Of a stretch of 64,000 nt of DNA, positions 1 through 8,900 are shown one piece after another (position 1 is the first letter of the stretch; each line of letters starts with the position of its first letter). Origin of the DNA: Cenococcum geophilum. Taxonomy: Eukaryota. A program made the position numbers and the translations under genes. The notes beneath the pieces were generated by a model. That model was not told the origin of the DNA. It did not search any database and saw nothing but the letters and a program-made list of their open reading frames with translations. The DNA lies in assembly GCA_050273025.1 (NCBI GenBank), contig CP158635.1, positions 26,102,001-26,166,000 on the forward strand, read 5' to 3'.

Positions 1-2
1 GC

Positions 3-473
3 AATTACTTTCTCTCAGCTGAAAGCGAAGCTCTGAAATACCTCCTGCGGCGACTGGATCAAAGAGGTCTCCCCAAACTCTTTCTTTCTAACAAGCATTC
101 CGGGAGTAACAAATGCGAACACCAGAAGTGTGAGAACAAAGCCTGGCCTTGTTGTAATATGGCCTTGCAGCTAAAGTCGACGGCACCAAGGGTAATTATT
201 GAGGGAGAGGAGGGGGAAGCGGTGGTCATCGGAAAAGCTGTTACAAAGCTGAAGAAACCCGCTGGCAATGGCTTCCAAGTTTCGAAACGGAGGCGTTCAG
301 AGGGCTCAGTCGAGCCTCAAGGGGTCAGTGGGCGCTTGTCCGAAGCAAGTGAACTACCAAACAGAGACCCCAGTGAAGAAATATTTCATGGAGGGGCTGA
401 ATGCAACGCAGCCGCTGAACCCGAAGAGTGCGACAGCTCGGATGATGCAGAATACTTGAGTTGTGACGAATAG
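3..473 (+). CDS. 3' end of an unidentified protein-coding gene (frame open from window start; acidic C-terminus)
   Basis: The frame of ORF 159..473 is stop-free back to base 3 (NYFLSAESEALKYLLRRLDQRGLPKLF...); balanced GC, not RIP-mutated; no recognisable domain. Confidence 0.45.
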   Translation, partial: NYFLSAESEALKYLLRRLDQRGLPKLFLSNKHSGSNKCEHQKCENKAWPCCNMALQLKSTAPRVIIEGEEGEAVVIGKAVTKLKKPAGNGFQVSKRRRSEGSVEPQGVSGRLSEASELPNRDPSEEIFHGGAECNAAAEPEECDSSDDAEYLSCDE

Positions 474-512
474 CAGACACGACCTCCTATTGTCTTCTGG
501 GAATGGAACACC

Positions 513-614
513 AGGAAGGGAACGAGAGGCAGCTTCCAAGCAGTGACAGGCAGTGACAATGAACGCTGTGGCAACAATGAAACCGGACACGTGGTCATGG
601 ACACTTCTAGAAAC
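513..614 (+). repeat. Dispersed ~100-bp repeat, copy 1 (copy 2 at 58699-58781)
   Basis: AGGAAGGGAACG..GAGAGGCAGCTTCCA..CAATGAAA..CACGTGGTCATRGACACTTCTAGAAAC occurs in the same orientation at both sites, with indels. Confidence 0.8.
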
Positions 615-862
615 GGCAAAAGACCACCTTACCACTGCTTGGCGCAACAATTCCCCATGTACGACTGTTTTTAATCCCCTACCACACATGTGACGTGGCG
701 TCGATAAAGGACCCAAATGCCACCGTTTCTGCCCAAAATGCCACTGGTTTATTAGCGGGCCACCCCTTTAAAATTTAGTGGCCTTCGCGCCTTCGCCAGA
801 AGGCTCTTGCGCAGCAGACGATACAGCGGCATTACACGAAAAGGGGTAGGTCGGAATCTGTA

Positions 863-1267
863 TTATGATGGATCTAGATCCCTATTCATAGTCTCACGCT
901 CACGATTCGTCCGTTCGAGTTCTCTTTTTTGATCGCGTTGATAGAAAAGGAGGCTCTTCGCTTTGGATATTATTCCCCTCTTTATCCCCGCTTGGTGCAG
1001 GTCTTTTGTTTCCCCCCAGTGGACTTGTCGTGACGTTGATGGTGATATTTGGAACAGAGCTAGATGTTCCGAACGTAAAGTTATTATTTGTAACTTCCCC
1101 CACCCAGCCTTGCTCTTGCTGGTGCCCGCCTCTACATCTTGAAAGCTGACCTCTTCATTATTGTTTGCTAACCAAATATGGGAGAGGATTGCGTAGGCTG
1201 GGACGTCTTTATCGGTGGATTCACGAAAGACGAGGTCGCCGTCGGGTTTGCGCTCCAAGAGGCGCAT
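863..1267 (-). pseudogene. Truncated HET-domain (heterokaryon incompatibility, HET-E-like N-terminus) gene fragment
   Basis: MRLLERKPDG...PAYAILSHIW...EEVSFQD...KAGWGK matches the start of fungal HET domains. Homology stops near 1095, before the expected WVDTCCID motif. Confidence 0.75.
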
Positions 1268-1899
1268 CGTGAGGCATGAGGAGCGGGCTGGGCACGTTCT
1301 CAGGCAGACGTTACTCGAGTAGCACGTTGAGCATATCGGCGCAAAATCTGTATCTCAAGCATCGACGAAGAGATGTGTTGCTCACGAAAAGACTGCCTGG
1401 TGGTTGTAGGCGCTGCACACGAAGCTGCATTCGTGGCGCAGGCTCGCCGTCACATGGCAAAGACAGCCACAGTTCACAGAGACATCCATAATATCGCTCA
1501 CTCTACGGGTAGCCTATGGACTGCGCACTGAGAATCCTGGGACGAGTTAAACCCATCGTTATTGAAATGCCGCAAGCTGTTTGGTGATCTTGCAAGGTTC
1601 GTCATTCAGGGTCACCCGCCGGTCACTTGTCGCGTTAAACAAGCGGGACTTAGGTCCTAAATGGCGCTAAGATCGTTCTGTGAGTCCTTTACGATGAAGA
1701 AGAGCATCAGACAATATTAAGTTACTAATTATACAGCAATAGGTCGCGAAGCCCGCACGAGCCTGCCTCAAACTGATCCACGCTGAAGATTCTCCATCCC
1801 TCGTGCGGCAATCTCATCTTCCGCAACCTGCACTTCTCATCCGCGCAACTGGGGGCTCCGCTGGCTCTGGCGATCATCTGCGCCACTAGGGCGATCATC

Positions 1900-2488
1900 T
1901 GTGCCACTGGGGCCATCGCTGGCTCTGACGCTTCGCTCATCCGGGCCACCTTGGCCGTTGGCTCTGGCGCATCTGCCTCTAGCGCAGCACTCTTGCGCTT
2001 CCGACCACATTTCCTCTTGTCCGCAGAGGCTTCCTCTACCTCTGGCACAGCACTCTTCGGCTTCCGACCACGTTTTCCCTTGCCTTTAGCTTCTTTGGCA
2101 GCCTCTTTCTCAGCACGCTTCGCTCGTGCTTCCTTAAGGTCCTATAGCTCATGACCTTCGCCTTCCCCAGTACCACTAATTTGGTCGATCGTCGAACTTT
2201 GGCTTCGTTGTTAATTGTAATCAACAATCGAATTTGGTCCTGTTAGAGGACACCCTTGGCAAAGGATATTCAGGCGGCATTGGCGAGCTTCTGTACGTGC
2301 CTCTGTAGGCTCTGTTTACTTATCTTATCAAGCGTATAAGCATCCTGTTTAATAATCAGATTTTGCAGCGACATAAGAGCCTCTACTAACACGGGCGTCA
2401 CGAGAGTTTGCAGGACTTTGTCTTGCGGATGAGGCCCCACCTTTACCTTACCGGCTTTTGGAATGGTTAGTTCAGCGGGAGGCTTTAG
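1900..2488 (-). mobile_element. C-terminal remnant of a pogo/Fot1-like (DDE_1) transposase, frameshifted, 5' part missing
   Basis: Minus strand reads KPPAELTIP...QRHVQKLANAA*...NNEAKVRRSTKLVVLGKAKVMSY, then a frameshift into EARAKRAEKEAAK, typical of fungal Fot1/pogo transposase C-termini. No TIR identified; left limit approximate. Confidence 0.7.
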
Positions 2489-2690
2489 TTATACCGTCCT
2501 ATTCCCGTTATGCGGAGAAAAAGTTAGTATATATTATAATTACGGCTCTATCTAGTTGCCAACCTTCTTCCTATACTAAGTGTACGTAAGTAAATATACA
2601 ATTGTTCTATAATATTTAATTTATCTTTAACGCTAAGTATACGCGTCTTATAATTCTATATAACTATCTAGTTTTTTATTTAATCTGTTA

Positions 2691-2982
2691 TCCCTTGACC
2701 CGTCAGCGTCCAACGAGCAAGTAGTCCGTGCGCGAACACCAGTTTCAAAACAACGCGTGCACCCATAGATTCCATCAATTAATTACCTACTACAATGCAA
2801 AATACCGTTCTGTAAGAAGGATAAGTGCTATTAACCTCATATCGAGCGACTTAACTCCCCAAAATTGGGCGTATATATCAAACTACTATAAAATTATTCC
2901 TCAGTGCGGGAGTTAAATTCAGCACAATTGATTGGCTAGTTCTTATCGATAACCGTTGGACGAAAATTGACGGGCCAAGGGA
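2691..2982. mobile_element. 292-bp MITE, Tc1/mariner-type (TA TSD)
   Basis: TIRs TCCCTTGACCCGTCA / TGACGGGCCAAGGGA (1 mismatch) plus inner CGTCCAACG/CGTTGGACG. TA at 2689-2690 and 2983-2984. Removing it restores family-A sequence. Confidence 0.9.
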
Positions 2983-4522
2983 TAGGGTTTCGCGTATTAG
3001 TAGTAGCTAAAAAACTAAAGGGTAAGCTAGCCGAGGCTTTTTATTAAGGTTTAATATTGTTCTAATAAAGTATCTTAGGCCCTAAAGGTTTAACTTAATG
3101 CTTATACTTAATTAAGCCGTCTTATAAAGGTCTATAAAAAGGTACGCTTAAAGAAATTACGTTTTATAGAGTAAGGACTCTTTAAGCTTAAGGCTAAAGA
3201 GGTTAAAAAGAATTCTAATTAAGAAGAGGCGGAAATAACTTATACGCTAGCGGTAGATCCCTTAGATAATCTAGCTTGTCTATTATCTTTAACTAATCCT
3301 TTTATCTTTAGCTCCTTTTTAATATTACCTAACCCTTTTTCTTTTAATACTTCTATACCTTTTTTTTATAGCTTTCTTTAAGTTCTATAGTAGTTCCTAG
3401 GTAGTCTTATTATAGCCTATTTACTTTACTTTATACTATATTTTATTATTAATGTCCTTATAATCTATAATCTTTAAAACTTACTATTTATCTTCTTTTT
3501 GTCCTCTATATATGTTTACCTTATAAACTAATAGCTCTGCGTCTTTATACGCTAGCTCTAGTATTATAATATACTATATAGGGTAGATCTTTATTTTTAC
3601 TAGTAATTTAAGTCTATATATAACTTCTAAAATCTTAGCTACGATTTTAAATAGTCCTAGTCTAACGTAATCTAATTTCTTACTTAGTTGTTAACTCGTA
3701 AGATTTTTATATAATAGCTATACTTTATCCCCCTCCTTTAGATCTGGTCCCTTAGATCTCTTAATATTATAATAACTTATTTTTTTTAATACTATCTTTA
3801 CTATAAAATAGAGGTCTTTATAGAGGTTAATTAGAGTTTCTATTCTCTACTTTACTATTTTACTTATCTTTTTTGCTTATTATAGTGACAATAATATTCT
3901 TAGCTTATACCTATGATTCGCCTAAAATAGTAACATCTCTATACCTTTCTGTAGTGTTATGCGTGATTAATATAATGCCTTAAATACTATTTTAGCGTCT
4001 AATTTAATCTCTTTATTTATCTATCCGTCTATGGATAATATGCTATTAATATTACTACGTAAACCCCTTATTCCGCTAAGAATACCTTATAAAATACTGC
4101 TATAAATCTTAAATCTCTATCTAATATAATTTTGCTTAGTACTCTATATCTTATAAACACTTAATATAAATTCTAGCGATATCTTCTGCTAAGATTTCTT
4201 CTATATATATTATAAAGTAGCCCTATTTAGTTAACTTATTTACTATTATTAGGATTATATTATACTCCTATTTAGTAATAAAATCCTTTAACTTTAGTAA
4301 CTTTACGATAAAGTCCTATAATATTATCTACTATAAACGTTTTAGTATCTTAATAGGCTATAGCTTTCTATACGGCTTATACCTTATTAGCTTATTTCTT
4401 TAGCAATTTAAATATTTCTTTATAACTTCTCTTGCTAAGCCCTAGATTCTATTAATAATATACTCCTTTTAAAGTCTTAACACTAAGCTTATAGCTTTAT
4501 TATATCCCTATATTATATCCTT

Positions 4523-4607
4523 GGCCGTTGAAATCGGACTCTGCACCTGTACGTGGTGACGGCTACGAACCTGGTCTTTGAAGTTCAGATCCAGAGCCAA
4601 CGCAGAG
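4523..4607 (+). ncRNA. HDV-like (delta-like) self-cleaving ribozyme, predicted
   Basis: P1 GGCCGUU/GACGGCU with first-position G-U wobble; P2 CUCUGC/GCAGAG; P3 ACC/GGU; L3 UGUACGU; P1.1 GU/AC; P4 CUGGUCU..AGAUCCAG; J4/2 GCCAAC. Nested double-pseudoknot order is correct and it starts at the first base after the TSD. Confidence 0.8.
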
Positions 4608-5543
4608 ACGTCGTACAGCGTGCGGACAGGACCGGTGGTGGTTGTGGGCGTTGAGGGCGGTGGTGAAAAATTTTCAGATGGTGAGATCTTAAAAACCACT
4701 ACTGTTGGCTCTCTACAGTACAACGACTACTACGTTCTCCTATCCAGGGCACCTATACGATCTAACATGGATGCACAGTATTCGATATTATCCCCCGTCC
4801 CCCTAGTAGAAAGCATTAACGACCTTATATTAACGAATAAGTAAACGCGAACAAACAAATAAACGAGTAAATATACGGCCCCTCCTAACCCCTAGGGCGA
4901 TCGCCCGCGGAGCATGCGGTCACTTACCGTACTGCTATAATACTACTAAAAGCGGTAGCTAGATAACCCCATACGGTTTTCCTTGTCTCCTCTTAACGGA
5001 GTAGTGCCCTTAGAGAGGGCCTAGTGACTAGGACCTAGGCATAAAAGATACCCAGATACACATATATACATCCCGCTTTTGTCTTTTAGTATTAGGATAG
5101 TAGAACGGATGAATCCCCCTTACGCCTTCGATAGGCCTTAGGGGGGGGAAGGTATGGCGTATATAGCAATAGTTAACAAGAGATAGTATATAGGGGGTGG
5201 TTAAGATACGGGGCACAACTATAAGCGTACAGCAATTGATCGGCAAGGCCTAGCTAGGACGTAGTGAACCCTAGCTCTAGATAAGCTAGAGAAGGAAGCA
5301 GTAATTCCTAAGGAGTTTAAAACATCTAAGGAGGAGGACGTAGCTGTAGGCCCGTAGGGCCGCAGCTACGTGCAGGTATGGCAATTCGGGGTTTTTTATC
5401 CTACTAAGGTGGCTTATAGGGTTTTTCCTCCCCTAATATATTAGGGGTTTTCTTTCTATAAATTTATAAGTTTCCCCTATATACGAAGTAGTCTGCGTGG
5501 GCCGTATAGGATCCGTATTAGACGTTAAGCAATGAATAAATTA
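4523..5543 (+). mobile_element. Non-autonomous non-LTR (SINE-like) retroelement with ribozyme head and Tad1-LINE-like 3' tail
   Basis: 13-bp TSD ATATTATATCCTT (4510-4522 / 5544-5556). Its 3' end GTAGTCTGCGTGGGCC..GGATC..GACGTTAAGCAATGAATAAATT resembles the LINE end at 53900-53952. No RT ORF. Confidence 0.85.
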
Positions 5544-5744
5544 ATATTATATCCTTATAGAACTCTTTAATAAACTCTTTTATAATACCCTTTAGTATAT
5601 ATATTGCTTCTTAATTCTTATACTACTCTATATCTAAGTTTTTAGATTATACCTTTTAGATTTTTCTAGTTTAATTACTTTTTAGTAGCCTATATTTCTA
5701 AGTTGCTATAATCTTAGGATAATTATATCTAATTAATCTATTAC

Positions 5745-5971
5745 TGTTACGGCACTGGCAGAACTTGGCAGAACTTCACACCGGCAAGTTGCTACAGATT
5801 ACCGCATATTGCGATTACGTGACGCGAAGATCTTATAAAACACCAAACGGCGCTACTCTTCTTCTCCTTTCCTTTCCCTAGCTTTAGATTCTTGTTTATA
5901 GACAATCCAATTATATAGGCTTACGCGTCCCTTTTGCCGTGCCTATACCTTAATTAACTAAGTCGCTAACA
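5745..5971 (+). repeat. 5' LTR of element B
   Basis: TGTTAC...CTAACA; direct repeat of 11503-11729. Confidence 0.95.
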
Positions 5972-8900
5972 TTATCTAAAGCTTACTCTATTCTTTCTTC
6001 TTAAGAAGGAACTTAAATATATCTATAAGAACACAAAATAGGACCCTAAGGATATTACTAAGACTATAAGGACAGGACCTAAAAGAAAAGAATAGAACCC
6101 TAAGGAAAGGACCTATAAGACACGCATAGACCAAAACCCCTAAAGAAATTACCTAGAATTACTTAACACCCCTACCACTATGCTACGAACTACAGCAGTA
6201 GGTAAAGTAGCTGTAGGACCCTTAAATACTTTAGACAAAGAAATAATTAACGTTTTAACCCCCTAGGCGGAGCTTATAGCTACTAATACTAAAATTAAAT
6301 AACTATAAGAGCTGCTTAAAGCCAGAGATACCCCTATATCTAATAATAAGTCATTATTAGATAATTAAAGACTCGCTATAGTCCTTTAGGCCCTATTTTA
6401 GCGCCTTAGTGGATTTACTAAGGCCTATATAGCACTAAAGCGGTCGGTAAAGGTCGCGGATCCCCTACTACTTACCAACGGAACCAACCCTATATTTAAT
6501 AATTGGAAGCTTTAATTACGGGATAAGCTTAAAGTTAATATAGACCACTTCCCTAACGCCTAAGCTAAAATAGCCTATATTTTCGGCTGTACTAGCGGAG
6601 ACGCCTAGACGTATTTACGCTTGTAATATACTAACGACTTAGCAAACCCCTTTATCGCTAAAGAAGAAATAATTAAATACTTATCTTCTATTTATAAAGA
6701 CCCTTTTAAAGTATAAAACGCCCGCCTTAGCTATAAAAGCCTAAACATAAAAATAACGAAGACCTTTTTAGCCTTTTAAACCCGCTTTCTATACCTAGCT
6801 AGACAGGCCTAAATCCCCTAGGAAGACCTACTACTAGACCTCTTTAATAAGCTTACCCTAAACTTATAGCGGGCCGTATTACTAGCTTATACTATGGTAT
6901 AAACGTTAAAGGAACTTACGAACTATTGCCTAGCTATTAATTAAGGCCTCTATTAAATTAAGGTACGCGCTAATTAGCTAAAAACTAGAAACCTTATAAA
7001 CTAGGCCGCAAGTACTATAAGTACGGCCTATAGTGCCCTAGTATAATCGGCAACCCCTATAGTTAACCTAGCGGCTAGCCGCGCAGCTACCCCTACTACG
7101 GGCCTAGTATACACCCGGCCTATATACAGCGACCCCTATATATAAGCCCTTAGCGATTAAAAAGCTTACTTCTTGTACGGTTAAATAGGCCACCCTATAA
7201 GGAACTGCCTAATAAAGGCAAAGATAAACAAGGTCCTGTTAATTTAGGAGGATAGCGTAGAGCCGGAAAAAGAGGAACCTTAGAGGAAGACTCCTCTCTA
7301 GGGTTAAAAGGGATTAATATGTCATATATTAATCTAGGTCGGCTAATTAGTAGAAAAAGCTGCACTATCCCTTATACTTTATTTCGCAATAGATATTAAG
7401 TTTTAACCTCTGCTTTAGCTAACTTAGGAGTAAATGCCTTTACCTTAATTAATATAAAGTGCGCTGCAAAACTAGCTAACTTTTTAAATATACCCCTTAA
7501 AGAACTGCCTAAACTAATCCCTATTTATGGTTATAACGGACAAATAGGGCTACCTATTATAACTATTTTACGGATTTACCTCCGCGTTAATAGATAAAGG
7601 TAGTATAATATCCCCTTCCTTATTATAGACCTTAGAAGCTATAATATAATCTTAGGGAGAAAATGGCTAGCCTATTTAGGCTTATAGCTTAATATACGGA
7701 ATAGGCAGCTTATCTAGCCTAAAACTATACCCCTAACACCTTCCTTTATAAAAGAGATTAGTATTATAATAGAAAACCTTATACGGCCGTAGATAGACAC
7801 TATTTACTAGGCCGATGTAACGCGTAAGGACTAGGCTTTTAAGAAGGATATACAGCTTAATCCGTAACGGATCCGTATATTACGCCGCCCCTAGACTGCC
7901 TATATTACACTACCTGCACTAGAGACTTAGGAAGTTAGTAATAGCCTAGCTAAGTCCCTAATAGAGAACCTAGGCCCTATATAGCTATAAAAGAAGGCTA
8001 GGGATATTAGATAATACACTAAACTAATAAACTAGAAGGATAACTTATGGAAAATAGAATATAAGCTAAGGAAGACTATAAACCTTATACCGTAAAGTAC
8101 GGCCTAATAAATATCCGTAAAGAAACCTACGGACCTCCTACCAGTTAATATCTGCTATATTAGCGCTATAGGATTCTACTAGAACCTAGTTTAGCCTAAT
8201 ACTATTACCTTTATAACTAGCTTATACGAAATTAATTAAATAATTAAAGAGAAAGAAGCCCTAGCCTAAGAGAAAGGCGAGCTTATAGATAAGGAGCTAG
8301 TAGAATGGAAACTGCCCCGTTAATACTAGAAATTTAAAGACACCTTCTCTAAAGTAGCGTTTAATGTACTTCCGCCTTACTAACCGTATAACTATAAGAT
8401 TAAAATTAAGCCGGATAAGGTAGTTACCCTTAGCTATAGCCCCCTCCGATAGCAATCTACTGCCGAATTATAGGCTATAAAGTAGTATCTTATTAATAAC
8501 CTAGATAAGGGCTTTATTAAGCCTAGTTAAGCCCCTTTTAACTTACCTATTCTCTTTGCTAAAAAGCCAAATAGAGGACTTTATTTCTGTATTAACTACT
8601 ATAAGCTTAATAATTTAACCCTTAAAGACCGCTACCTACTGCCTTTACTTAATAAGACTTTAGCCTAAATAAGTAGAGCTAAGATCTTTATAAAGCTTAA
8701 TATCCGCTAGGCTTTTTACCAAATTAGGATAAACCCTAAATTAGAAGACCTTACTATGTTTTAGACCTATTACAGAACGTATAAATATAAAGTACTACCT
8801 TTTAGACTAACTAACGGATGGGCCATATACTAACAATACATAAATAATATACTATTTAACTACCTTAATAACTTCTATATAGTATACCTAGATAATATTA

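Noticed and set aside
600..612. Helitron 3' end (CTAG) in the dispersed repeat
   Set aside because: CTAG is followed by A rather than T, there is no clear subterminal GC hairpin, and similarity continues past the CTAG.
4523..4620. tRNA-, 5S- or U6-derived SINE head
   Set aside because: No A/B boxes, cloverleaf, or similarity to fungal 5S/U6 that I can see; the HDV topology explains the sequence better.
4508..4844. ORFs 4508..4723 (-) and 4578..4844 (+)
   Set aside because: Short, no recognisable domain, and they overlap the ribozyme fold in the GC-richer head; likely incidental.
5751..5790. TGGCAGAA/TTGCC tandem motifs in several LTRs as a specific transcription-factor site (e.g. PacC GCCARG)
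   Set aside because: Motifs are too short and RIP-degraded to assign a factor.
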